Origin: Waddliaceae bacterium
GTDB lineage: Bacteria; Chlamydiota; Chlamydiia; Chlamydiales; JABHNK01
Assembly: GCA_018694295.1 (NCBI GenBank)
Contig: JABHNK010000053.1
Coordinates: 833-64,832, forward strand
Direction of reading: 5' to 3'
Length of the DNA: 64,000 nucleotides
Below, in pieces: positions 52,477 through 61,877 of the stretch. Within the stretch, counting starts at the first letter, position 1. Every line of letters begins with the position of its first letter. The notes below the pieces were generated by a model, which worked only from the letters and a program-made list of their open reading frames with translations, searched no databases and was not told the DNA's origin. The position numbers and the translations under genes were made by a program.

Positions 52477-54630
52477 TTACGAGAGGGCATGGAGGAGTCC
52501 TGTGTGGCGTTGTTTTACGTCATCGTTTCTTACGGCGGTGGAGAGTGCTTTTGTTGTGCCGACAAGGACGACGAGTTTTTTTCCGCGTGTTACTCCTGTG
52601 TATAGGAGGTTTCTGCAGAGCATTTTGTAGTGTGTTGTATGTACTGGCATTATTATGCAGGGGCATTCGCTGCCTTGGTATTTATGTACGGAGACGGCGT
52701 AAGCGTGGAGTAGTTCATCGAGTTCTGCGAAGGTATATTCTATATCTTTTCCGTCGAATTCTACTATAACGTGTTGTTCTGCGGTGTCGACATCTTTTAT
52801 TTGTCCGATATCACCGTTGAAGACCTCTTTGTTGTAGTTGTTACGGATCTGCATGATTTTATCTCCGACGAGGAAGTCTTTCCCTCCGCGGCTTATTCCG
52901 TGTCCGCGTGGGTTCATAATTTTCTGCAGTGCGATATTTAGGTTTTCGGTGCCGATGATGCCGCGTTTCATGGGCGTTAACACTTGTATGTCGTTTAGCG
53001 GAGACAGCCCGTAGCGTTTCGGCAGTCTTTTTGTTATGAGGCCCACGATGGTGCTAAGAACATCTTCAGGGCGGAATTTTTCTATGAAGAAGAAGTCGCT
53101 GTCGTGTGAGGTGTTGAGTTCTGGCAGGACGCCCATATTTATTCTGTGTGCATTTGTTACGATATGCGACCCTGCTGCTTGCCGGAATATTTCTGTCAGT
53201 GTCGTTGTGGGGATTTTCATTGAGAGGATCATATCTTTCAGGACATTTCCGGGTCCTATGCTTGGAAGCTGGTTGATATCTCCTACGAAGATTACGCGTG
53301 CCCTATCGGGGACGGATTTTAGCAGGTGGTACATCAGTGTTGTGTCGATCATACTTGCTTCGTCGACGATTAGAAGGTCGCAGTTTAGGGGGTTGCTATG
53401 ATTTTTTTTGAAACCCATTATCGAGAAATCATATTCCAGCAGGCTATGTATCGTTGATGCTTTTGCTCCTGTTATCTCTTCGAGTCTTTTCGCTGCGCGT
53501 CCTGTCGGTGCTGCTAGGAGGATATCGTCGGTGAGCTTCTGGTATATCATCAAGATAGCTTTTGTTATCGTGCTTTTCCCTGTACCCGGACCTCCTGTTA
53601 TTATCTGTACTTTCGACGTCATAGCTTGTGCTACGGCATCTTTTTGGTGGCTTGCGAGGTCGAACGAAAGCTCGCCTTCGACCCATTCTACAGCTTTTGT
53701 TATATCGATGTTACGCAGCATCGTCGGGGCGTAGCGTATCCTTGTTACATGGTTCGATACCCCGCTTTCGGCGACGTGTAGCCCTTTAAGCCATATGAAT
53801 GCGATATTATCGCCGCCGTAGGGCATATGCCCTGTGACGATACGCTGCTCTTTCTCTAGAAGGCCTATCTGGAAACGTATCGCTTGCTCGTCGACGCCTA
53901 GGATTTCTGCTGCCCTGACGACGAAATCATCGACGGGATAGCATACATGGCCGTTGCTTGAAAGTTCGCTGAGGACATGCTCTATGCCGGCTTCTATCCT
54001 ATGTGCGGAGTCGTGTGGGATGTCCATATTTTTCGCTATGGTGTCTGCCGTCTGGAATCCTATTCCTCTGATGTCTCTTGCGAGGAGGTATGGGTTGGTG
54101 TTGACTTTTTCTATGCAGTCTTCGCCGTATTTCCTATATATCTTCTGTGCATATATCGGGCTGACGCCGTACGACTGCAGAAAAACCATGACGTCCCTGA
54201 CGGCTTTCTGCTCGTTCCAATGTTCACGTATAGTATCGACGCGCTTTGGTCCTATTCCGGGAACGCCGAGAAGCCTCTCTGGCGAGTCTTCTATTATGTC
54301 TAGGGCGTCGGCGCCGAAGGCTTTTACTATCTTCTTGGCATATACTGGGCCGATGCCCCTGATAAGCCCTGAGGCGAGGTATTTCTCTATGCCTACGACG
54401 GTAGAAGGCGCGGCGGTGTGGTATTCTTTTACCTGAAATTGTCCGCCATGGACGGGATCGACCTTCCAATTCCCTGAACACGACACCGTCTCGCCGGGCT
54501 GTATTCCCGGCATGGTACCGACTATACATGTAAGGTCGTATTTCCGTGGCTCTTTTAGGCGCGCTACAGTGAAACCATTTTCGTAGTTGCTGTATACTAT
54601 CTTCTCAATATATCCGTATAGCTGTTCCAT
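52477..54630 (-). CDS. recD2: ATP-dependent RecD2-like DNA helicase
   Basis: 717 aa. N-terminal HhH region, Walker A GGPGTGKST, LIVDEASM, C-terminal SH3-like region and YAVSVHKYQGSE. Confidence 0.92.
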   Translation of the reverse strand: MEQLYGYIEKIVYSNYENGFTVARLKEPRKYDLTCIVGTMPGIQPGETVSCSGNWKVDPVHGGQFQVKEYHTAAPSTVVGIEKYLASGLIRGIGPVYAKKIVKAFGADALDIIEDSPERLLGVPGIGPKRVDTIREHWNEQKAVRDVMVFLQSYGVSPIYAQKIYRKYGEDCIEKVNTNPYLLARDIRGIGFQTADTIAKNMDIPHDSAHRIEAGIEHVLSELSSNGHVCYPVDDFVVRAAEILGVDEQAIRFQIGLLEKEQRIVTGHMPYGGDNIAFIWLKGLHVAESGVSNHVTRIRYAPTMLRNIDITKAVEWVEGELSFDLASHQKDAVAQAMTSKVQIITGGPGTGKSTITKAILMIYQKLTDDILLAAPTGRAAKRLEEITGAKASTIHSLLEYDFSIMGFKKNHSNPLNCDLLIVDEASMIDTTLMYHLLKSVPDRARVIFVGDINQLPSIGPGNVLKDMILSMKIPTTTLTEIFRQAAGSHIVTNAHRINMGVLPELNTSHDSDFFFIEKFRPEDVLSTIVGLITKRLPKRYGLSPLNDIQVLTPMKRGIIGTENLNIALQKIMNPRGHGISRGGKDFLVGDKIMQIRNNYNKEVFNGDIGQIKDVDTAEQHVIVEFDGKDIEYTFAELDELLHAYAVSVHKYQGSECPCIIMPVHTTHYKMLCRNLLYTGVTRGKKLVVLVGTTKALSTAVRNDDVKQRHTGLLHALS

Positions 54631-54715
54631 AAAGTTCTTTTGTCCAGGAAAATCGTTGATAATAATATCGACGATTCTATACCGTATACAAACAAAAAGC
54701 GAGGAATTTCCTACT

Positions 54716-55174
54716 ATGAAGATGATAACGTGTGCTGTCGCTGCAATAGCGATGCTTTTCTTATGCCAAAGCTGCTCGAAAAAGACGGATCAAAATATTA
54801 TAGTAGAGCATATCGAAGATGTATCGCGTGATGTCGACTGGTCGACGATGGAGACGGTGACGATATCTTTCAACGAATATACCGAAGGGCTTTCAGGAGT
54901 AATATTACGAAAGGGGATGCCTTATAAGCTAGAACTTGAAAACCATAGCCTAAAAGCTCACAATATCGTTGGCAGCGATTTCTTCGCAGCGATAATGCCG
55001 TGGAAGATAGAGACCATCGACGGAGAAATCAACGTCGCAGAATTCAACACTTTCCAGATATACCCCGGCAGATGTATCGACCTCTTCTTCGTGCCAACAA
55101 AAACCGGCGACTACACAATATCATATAATACCACAGACGATGACGCGCAACAGGGCACTATAACAATACAGTGA
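54716..55174 (+). CDS. hypothetical exported protein (possible lipoprotein, beta-sandwich-like)
   Basis: The ATG at 54716 gives signal peptide MKMITCAVAAIAMLFLCQSC. The listed TTG at 54587 would overlap recD2. Confidence 0.55.
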   Translation: MKMITCAVAAIAMLFLCQSCSKKTDQNIIVEHIEDVSRDVDWSTMETVTISFNEYTEGLSGVILRKGMPYKLELENHSLKAHNIVGSDFFAAIMPWKIETIDGEINVAEFNTFQIYPGRCIDLFFVPTKTGDYTISYNTTDDDAQQGTITIQ

Positions 55175-55199
55175 CCAGTGAAATGCGGCTATGCCGCAT

Positions 55200-55300
55200 A
55201 GTTCTGAGTTATGAGTTCATAGTTCAGAGCAGAGCCTCGGATTCCTTCTCCGAACCCCGAACCCCGAACCCCGAACTCCCGAACTCCCGAACTCTGAACT
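55200..55300. repeat. inverted heptamer arrays (AGTTCNG x4 facing CYCCGAA x7)
   Basis: AGTTCTG AGTTATG AGTTCAT AGTTCAG .. CTCCGAA CCCCGAA CCCCGAA CCCCGAA CTCCCGAA CTCCCGAA CTCTGAA. The two arms are mutually complementary. Confidence 0.8.
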
Positions 55301-55366
55301 TACAGTAGATATTTAATTTCCTTATCGGTATATTTTCATAAAACCCAAAAAAATGAGGGATTGTTT

Positions 55367-56725
55367 ATGAAGGCTAAGAGAGAAACGTGGAAGTCAAGCG
55401 CTGGTTTTATTTTTGCGGCGATGGGGTCTGCCGTTGGCATTGCTAATATTTGCATATTCCCATGTCTTGTTGGCGCTAATGGCGGTGCTGCTTTTATTGC
55501 GGTATATCTTATATCTCTGCTACTTATAGGGTTCCCAGTGTTTATTTCTGAGATAACACTCGGAAGAAAGACTCATAGAAACCCAGCGGGAGCCTTCAAA
55601 GAAGTCGGCAAGACGAAACTATGGTCGCGGGCAGGACTCCTTACTGTTGTCACCGGTCTTATCGTTACAGCATTCTATAGCGTTTTGGCAGGATGGGTCT
55701 TGGGATATTTTGTCGAGGCAATCGCCGGGCGTCTTCATATTATGACGACTATCGAAGAGACATCGTTTTTCTATAACACGCTGATGAGCAAACCGTTATG
55801 GGCTTTGGCGTTCCACTTTATCTTCATCGTGATATGTGGTGCAGTATTATATGGTGGCGTACGACATGGCATAGAGCGAGGTAGCAAATTTATGATGCCT
55901 ATACTTATTGTAATCCTTCTGTTTCTTGTGGTGCGCGGGCTTATGCTTCCCGGCGCAGGGAAGGGGCTGAGGTATCTTTTCTCTCCAGACTGGAGCCTGC
56001 TAACACCAACGGCTATATTGCTCGCTCTCGGGCAGGCGTTCTTCACGCTGAGTCTCGGGCAGGGGACGATGGTGACATATGGTAGCTACCTCACCAAGAA
56101 AGATAGTATCCCTTCTGTTGCCATCCCTGTTGCTCTTGGCGATACTGCAATATCATTATGTGCCGCTATTGTTGTCTTCACGACGGTGTTCTCAGTAGGA
56201 ATGGAACCGTCACAAGGTCTTGGCCTTATCTTCCAGACGCTACCAATAGTCTTCGGACAGCTGCCAGGAGGCTATCTCCTCGCGGTGGTGTTCTTCCTCT
56301 TCGTTACTCTGGCGGCGGTTACGTCGGAAATTTCTGCGATGGAACCCGTCATAGCGTATCTCGTCGATGAAAGACAGTGGCGACGACACTCTGCCGTAGC
56401 AGCATGTACCGTAGGAGGCTTCCTCTTGGGGATACCTTGTGCGTTGTCGTATAGCATACTGAAAGGCGTCACGCTGTCGGGCGTAAATATCATGGATGCC
56501 GTCATGTTTATCACTGAGGGAGCCCTTATCCCAGCAGGAGGCTTCTTCGCTGTAATCCTTGTTGGATGGGTATGGCGTCAGCGTAAAGCTCTTAGGAATC
56601 TCCGTGAAGGTTCTTCGGGTTTCTTCGACAAAAATATATGGTTCAGAAGGTATTTGTGGCTTTGCATAAAATACGTCGCACCTGTATTAATAATAGTTGT
56701 GTTTTTGAATAGGATATTTGGATAG
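55367..56725 (+). CDS. sodium-dependent transporter (neurotransmitter:sodium symporter family)
   Basis: The R.TW.S..GFI.A..G.AVG..N...FP N-terminal signature and about 12 TM helices. Confidence 0.88.
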   Translation: MKAKRETWKSSAGFIFAAMGSAVGIANICIFPCLVGANGGAAFIAVYLISLLLIGFPVFISEITLGRKTHRNPAGAFKEVGKTKLWSRAGLLTVVTGLIVTAFYSVLAGWVLGYFVEAIAGRLHIMTTIEETSFFYNTLMSKPLWALAFHFIFIVICGAVLYGGVRHGIERGSKFMMPILIVILLFLVVRGLMLPGAGKGLRYLFSPDWSLLTPTAILLALGQAFFTLSLGQGTMVTYGSYLTKKDSIPSVAIPVALGDTAISLCAAIVVFTTVFSVGMEPSQGLGLIFQTLPIVFGQLPGGYLLAVVFFLFVTLAAVTSEISAMEPVIAYLVDERQWRRHSAVAACTVGGFLLGIPCALSYSILKGVTLSGVNIMDAVMFITEGALIPAGGFFAVILVGWVWRQRKALRNLREGSSGFFDKNIWFRRYLWLCIKYVAPVLIIVVFLNRIFG

Positions 56726-56737
56726 GAGAGAGCCTTT

Positions 56738-57742
56738 ATGCCCGAAAACGTTATAGAGTCTTCGCTGTGTAAAGAAGATGCAAATTTCGAGGTGCCCTTA
56801 CGCCCCAGCACGCTAAAAGAGTTCGCTGGACAAGACGCCATCCGTGAACGTCTCGATGTCGTCATCGGCGCTGCGCGCCAGCGTGGCGAAGCCATCAGCC
56901 ATTGTCTTTTTAGTGGCCCTCCAGGGCTAGGAAAAACTACGCTGGCGAACATCCTCGCAAACGCTATAGATTGTGATATCATCGTAACATCGGGGCCCGT
57001 CCTCGAGAAGGCCGGAGACCTCGCCGGAATGCTTACAAACCTAAAAAAAGGCGATATCCTCTTCATCGACGAGATACATCGTCTCAACAGGGTAATCGAA
57101 GAATATCTGTATTCCGCTATGGAAGATTACTGTCTAGACCTTGTCATCGATAGCGGTCCCGCAGCGCGTAGCGTACAGCTTAAACTCGAACAGTTCACCC
57201 TAGTCGGCGCTACAACGCGGGCAGGAGCGTTGTCAGGGCCTCTAAGGTCGCGGTTTCCTATGACGTTCAGACTCGACTTCTATAGCCCAGACGTCCTTAA
57301 AACAATATTACTGCGGTCGGCGAAGCTCTTAGGCGTCACCATCGACGATATTTCGGCATGGGAGATAGCAGCACGGTCGCGGGGGACGCCACGCATCGCA
57401 AACAACCTACTTCGGTGGGTTAGAGACTACGCACAGATGAAAGCTGACAACATCATCACCGAAGACGTCGTAAAAAAAGCCCTTGAAATGATAGCCATTG
57501 ACGAAGAAGGCTTTGGGGAGATGGACAAGAAAATCCTGGAGATCATCATCGACCATCACAATGGCGGTCCTGTGGGCTTGGGGACGATAGCAACAGCTAT
57601 CGGCGAGGAAAAAGTTACTATCGAAGAGATGTATGAGCCATACCTAATAATGAAAGGTTTCCTACGAAGAACGTCGCGGGGACGTGAGGTGACGACGCTA
57701 GCATATGAACATTTAGGCAAGAAGCACGATTTTCTATTGTGA
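56738..57742 (+). CDS. ruvB: Holliday junction branch migration helicase RuvB
   Basis: LRP..L.EF.GQ, Walker A GPPGLGKTTLA, FIDEIHRL. Confidence 0.95.
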   Translation: MPENVIESSLCKEDANFEVPLRPSTLKEFAGQDAIRERLDVVIGAARQRGEAISHCLFSGPPGLGKTTLANILANAIDCDIIVTSGPVLEKAGDLAGMLTNLKKGDILFIDEIHRLNRVIEEYLYSAMEDYCLDLVIDSGPAARSVQLKLEQFTLVGATTRAGALSGPLRSRFPMTFRLDFYSPDVLKTILLRSAKLLGVTIDDISAWEIAARSRGTPRIANNLLRWVRDYAQMKADNIITEDVVKKALEMIAIDEEGFGEMDKKILEIIIDHHNGGPVGLGTIATAIGEEKVTIEEMYEPYLIMKGFLRRTSRGREVTTLAYEHLGKKHDFLL

Positions 57743-58213
57743 AGTTATAAGGTAATAGGGTAAAAAGATAGAAGTTATATAAACCTGATTGACTCCCTAT
57801 CCTTTGTCATAGGTTTTTTGCAGTGGTACAGATACGAAGATGAAAGACGAGCGAATGTTAAAACATTTGCGAGGATAGAAGCAAAGTAGATGTGTTGCTG
57901 CAAAAAGAAATATGGCAAAGCAAGATAAGGACAAACGAATAAATAAAAATAACAAGAAATAGCAAAGGCTTAAAATATTTATCTTTACGTAGTTATTTTC
58001 TGTCTGAGCTTTTTTTAAAAAAAAGGTTATGTTTCCTATAGCATTCATAGTGTCAGGCAATCTGGCTCATTTTACTCCTCGCTAATAGTTACAACTATTA
58101 GCTTGTCGTGCACTGAGCCATCTTACCTAACTCTATGGCGCTAAAGGAAAGATATGGGTCAAATCAGGTTTAAAATTATTGTATATATTCAGCAGCTTTA
58201 GGAGGAAAAAATC

Positions 58214-59404
58214 GTGATCTTAAGAACCCTTATCATGGTAATGGCTTTGCTAACATCATCGACAGCGATGCAGGCAGGCGTATGGGACACAATAAAGAAC
58301 GTAAAGAATCTATGGGACATCGATAAGAATATCGAAGAACCTACAGTCAAAGTCCTTATCGCCGACAGGTCCCAGGGCTCTTTCGTTGAAATTAAAGGCG
58401 GTTATAATATCTATAACCCTAAAAACGGCCACCGTATAAGCACACGCTTCTTCGGGAAACAGCAGTATGTTCAGCCACTGACACGCGGCATTAAATGGGG
58501 AGAGGAATTCCCAGGAATATACCAGCTGAAACTTATCCCCGATGACCAAGAAACACAGATATACGTCGATGGCATACAATATAAAGGCATTGTAGAAATC
58601 TACCAGATAGGTGATAAGCTTAGCGTTATCAATGAAGTTCCTGTCGAAGACTATCTCAAATCAACACTAGCCAATTCTTTCGAAGAAGATACTAAAGAAG
58701 AAGTCATGGCAGCTATAGTTATAGCAGCACGAACAGAAGCATGTTACCACGCCGCTCACGGACGTGACGCTTTCTGGCATGTCACAGCAAGCGACGTAGG
58801 ATACTACGGATATGGCGTAACACGACAAGATAACGGCGTCGATGATATCGTCAATAAGACAAAGAACTTCGTCATGAAGCGCTACAACAATGAAAATGCC
58901 GACAACTATTTTGCAGCACGCTGGACGAAACATAGCGCTGGTAAGACGATACCATTCCATGTGATGTATCGCCGTGATATGGGAGCACCACTCGATGGTG
59001 TAGAGGTCCCTATCGCCGCCGCTAACAGAGAAGAAACAATATGGACGTATTCCGTCTCGAAACGTGAGTTTGCCGAAAAGGCCGACGTCGCAGAAAAAGC
59101 CCTTCTAGAAGTTTATAGCGACGCCTTCTCTAGCAAAATCTATAGCGTACGACTACAAGACGAAAGGGGAATCCGTGACGTAACATTCTTCGAACTTCAG
59201 GATATCCTAGGCAAAAATAACATCCTTAGCAGCGACTTTACCGTATCATCGACAGAAGGAACTATAACCTTCACAGGATATGGCGAAGGAGCAGGGGTGG
59301 GGATATGCCTATATACCGCAGAAGTCCTTGCAGAAAAAGGAATGAATGCATCGCAGATATTGTCGATGTTCTTCTCCGACGCTACAATACACGAAGCGGC
59401 ATAA
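58214..59404 (+). CDS. SpoIID/LytB domain protein
   Basis: GTG start 8 nt after AGGAGG, then a signal peptide. VNEVPVEDYLKSTLANSF and AAIVIAARTEA follow the SpoIID pattern. Confidence 0.78.
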   Translation: MILRTLIMVMALLTSSTAMQAGVWDTIKNVKNLWDIDKNIEEPTVKVLIADRSQGSFVEIKGGYNIYNPKNGHRISTRFFGKQQYVQPLTRGIKWGEEFPGIYQLKLIPDDQETQIYVDGIQYKGIVEIYQIGDKLSVINEVPVEDYLKSTLANSFEEDTKEEVMAAIVIAARTEACYHAAHGRDAFWHVTASDVGYYGYGVTRQDNGVDDIVNKTKNFVMKRYNNENADNYFAARWTKHSAGKTIPFHVMYRRDMGAPLDGVEVPIAAANREETIWTYSVSKREFAEKADVAEKALLEVYSDAFSSKIYSVRLQDERGIRDVTFFELQDILGKNNILSSDFTVSSTEGTITFTGYGEGAGVGICLYTAEVLAEKGMNASQILSMFFSDATIHEAA

Positions 59405-59428
59405 TACACGAAGCAGCATAATGCTAAA

Positions 59429-59462
59429 AGCCTCGAAGTAAAAACTTCGGGGCTTTTTTTTT
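59429..59462 (+). terminator. rho-independent terminator
   Basis: AGCCTCGAAGT/loop/ACTTCGGGGCT followed by T10. Confidence 0.8.
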
Positions 59463-59508
59463 ATCGTAACATCTTCTATAATAGCTCCATAATAATTACG
59501 GAGATAAC

Positions 59509-60549
59509 ATGGAAGATCCATATTCATTGAAGTCGTATCATTACGACCTTCCCCAAGAACTCATAGCACAACACCCTTGCTCGCCACGTGACGCCTGTAG
59601 GCTCATGGTAGTAGAACGCAATACAGGAAAGCTATGGGAGATGCCTTTCCACGAGCTTACAAACTTCCTCGATACCGGCGATAGACTAGTCTTCAACGAT
59701 ACAAAAGTCGTGCCAGCACGACTCCTCGGAAAACGCACAAGCGGTGGCAATGCCGAGATCTTCTTAGTGAAAAATCGCAAAGGTACTACATGGGAAGTCC
59801 TCGCTAAACCAGGAAAAAAACTACGCCCAGGAGCAATAGTTACGTTCCAGGAAGGATTGTCTTGTGAGATAATAGAAAATATCGACGACGGAATGAAACT
59901 CGTAAGGTTCTCATGCAAAGAAGAAGATTTCGAAGATATCGTCGCCAAAATAGGACATATGCCGCTGCCACACTATATCAGCCGCGATGGAAAAGACCCC
60001 CACGACGTTGGAGATTATCAGACGATATATGCCGAAAACCCCGGCGCTGTTGCAGCACCGACAGCAGGACTGCACTTTTCTGAGGAGATGTTCGGCGCCC
60101 TCGACGACAAAGGAATTAAAAAAGCTATGGTGACGCTACACGTAGGCATGGGAACCTTCCGCCCTGTCATCGTCGATGACATCCGTTCCCACGATATGCA
60201 CTCCGAGCGATATCATATCACCACAAACACAGCATCGTTTCTCAATACACATAATTCTGATGCTAAGACGATATGCGTAGGAACAACATGCTGCAGGACG
60301 TTAGAAGCTGCCGCCGACGAAGAGGGGAATGTCGTCGCTGGTGATGGCGATACCAATATCTTCATATACCCAGGATATCAATTTCGTTATGTCACAGGGA
60401 TGCTTACAAATTTCCACCTTCCAGGATCAAGCTTGCTGATGCTCGTCTCAGCGTTCGCAGGACACGACCTAATAAAAGAAGCATATAACAAGGCGATACA
60501 CGACAAATTCCGCTTCTATTCCTACGGCGATGCTATGCTTATTTTGTAA
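59509..60549 (+). CDS. queA: S-adenosylmethionine:tRNA ribosyltransferase-isomerase
   Basis: Y.LP.ELIAQ.P N-terminus, MPLPHYI, TAGLHF, VGTT..R.LE blocks. Confidence 0.95.
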   Translation: MEDPYSLKSYHYDLPQELIAQHPCSPRDACRLMVVERNTGKLWEMPFHELTNFLDTGDRLVFNDTKVVPARLLGKRTSGGNAEIFLVKNRKGTTWEVLAKPGKKLRPGAIVTFQEGLSCEIIENIDDGMKLVRFSCKEEDFEDIVAKIGHMPLPHYISRDGKDPHDVGDYQTIYAENPGAVAAPTAGLHFSEEMFGALDDKGIKKAMVTLHVGMGTFRPVIVDDIRSHDMHSERYHITTNTASFLNTHNSDAKTICVGTTCCRTLEAAADEEGNVVAGDGDTNIFIYPGYQFRYVTGMLTNFHLPGSSLLMLVSAFAGHDLIKEAYNKAIHDKFRFYSYGDAMLIL

Positions 60550-60596
60550 AAAGGTTAATTTCTCTTTGGAAATAAACATATTGTTTGTATATAACG

Positions 60597-60630
60597 GAAT
60601 TATATGAATTATATGAATTATATGTGAATG
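60597..60630. repeat. 9-mer tandem repeat (GAATTATAT)x3
   Basis: Three exact units followed by GTGAATG, in the queA-slc1 spacer. Confidence 0.8.
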
Positions 60631-60776
60631 CCAGAACTTATCCTTTCTCTCTATAGATAAAAGGGTTTGCAATAATGTTGGCATTATGCACAATGAAGAA
60701 GATTTGTAATAATAAGGGCTTGTTTTAGGGAAGAAAAAGCCCGCAAAAAATAAAGACAATAAGTAAGGAGAAAACC

Positions 60777-61313
60777 ATGTCATTTGAAAACGCACAAGAG
60801 AACCTAAAAGAATTCGGTAAAGAGCTCGGCCTCGAAGGCCTAGAATTCGACGAAAACAACACCTGTATTCTCGGCATCGACGATGACTTCTCGATGCATA
60901 TAACTTTCGAGCCAAACTCCGATAGAATGTACCTATATTCTCCTATCATCGACGGTCTTCCCGCCGATACGAAAATAAAACTTAAGCTTTATGAAAAGCT
61001 CCTCGAAGGCTCAATGCTCGGTGGGCAAATGGCTGGTGGCGGAATCGGCGTTGCTGTCAACGAAGAACTTGTCCTTATGCATTGCACCCTAGACATGGCA
61101 CATGCCATAGCTTCGGCGCTTAGAGCATTCGCACCATTATACGTCGAGACAATAGAAAAATGGCGCAAAGTCGCACTCGATATCTCCGAAGGTCGCGAGC
61201 CCGAAGAAGTTGGAATAACAGCACCAGGCGCTGTAGCAGGCGGAGCAGCACCAGGCGGTGGCAAGCCTTCTGCAGGAGGCCTTGGCGGAGGACACCCAGG
61301 TATCAAAATCTAA
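60777..61313 (+). CDS. slc1: class I type III secretion chaperone, Slc1 (CT043-like)
   Basis: LYEKLLEGSMLGGQMAGGG and the CesT-like layout recall the chlamydial Slc1 sequence. Sits immediately upstream of ssb, as in Chlamydia. Gly/Pro/Ala-rich tail. Confidence 0.8.
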   Translation: MSFENAQENLKEFGKELGLEGLEFDENNTCILGIDDDFSMHITFEPNSDRMYLYSPIIDGLPADTKIKLKLYEKLLEGSMLGGQMAGGGIGVAVNEELVLMHCTLDMAHAIASALRAFAPLYVETIEKWRKVALDISEGREPEEVGITAPGAVAGGAAPGGGKPSAGGLGGGHPGIKI

Positions 61314-61341
61314 GAAGCCGAAAACCTCAGAATTATAAAAA

Positions 61342-61377
61342 AGAGAAGCCTTCCTAAAGAAAGGCTTCTCTTTTTTT
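61342..61377 (+). terminator. rho-independent terminator
   Basis: AGAGAAGCCTT/loop/AAGGCTTCTCT followed by a T-run. Confidence 0.8.
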
Positions 61378-61443
61378 GTCTCTTTTGTGTATAAAGCTTA
61401 AGTAACAATAGTTCTCTAACCATAAAAAAAAGGGTTTCATATT

Positions 61444-61875
61444 ATGAATATACTACAAATAGCAGGGCGTCTTGGTGCCGATCCAGAATCACGCTTTACA
61501 TCTTCAGGACAGAAAGTCACAACATTGCGCGTAGCATGCAACGTCCGTAAAGGCGGTAACGAAGATACTATGTGGTGGAGAGTGACAATATGGGGAGATC
61601 GCTTCGATAAACTAGTGTCATATCTTAAAAAAGGTAGCGCTATTATCGTTACAGGTACTATGCAAAAACCCGACGTCTATCAAGATCGTAACGGCGACTG
61701 GAAACCTTCTCTCGATATGACAGCAGAAATGATATCGTTCAGCCCATTCGGACGTAGTGATAAAAGTGACGAAAATGCCGATACCGCTTCTAAAGACGCT
61801 TCAGTAGAAGAAACAAAAGGTAATGATGAGCAGGCCGCTGCACCAGCAGCTACTGACGATAACCTTCCGTTCTAA
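61444..61875 (+). CDS. ssb: single-stranded DNA-binding protein
   Basis: OB-fold N-terminus (RLGADPE.RFT..G), acidic tail ending in DDNLPF. Confidence 0.93.
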   Translation: MNILQIAGRLGADPESRFTSSGQKVTTLRVACNVRKGGNEDTMWWRVTIWGDRFDKLVSYLKKGSAIIVTGTMQKPDVYQDRNGDWKPSLDMTAEMISFSPFGRSDKSDENADTASKDASVEETKGNDEQAAAPAATDDNLPF

Positions 61876-61877
61876 TA

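Noticed and set aside
54587-54715. TTG start at 54587 for the exported-protein ORF
   Set aside because: It would overlap the recD2 5' end by 44 nt. The internal ATG at 54716 gives a canonical signal peptide.
57797-58060. 87-aa minus-strand ORF in the ruvB-spoIID spacer
   Set aside because: It is a Phe/Leu/Ile-rich translation of AT-rich DNA with no RBS. I treat the region as non-coding (see the finding on the 391-bp insert).
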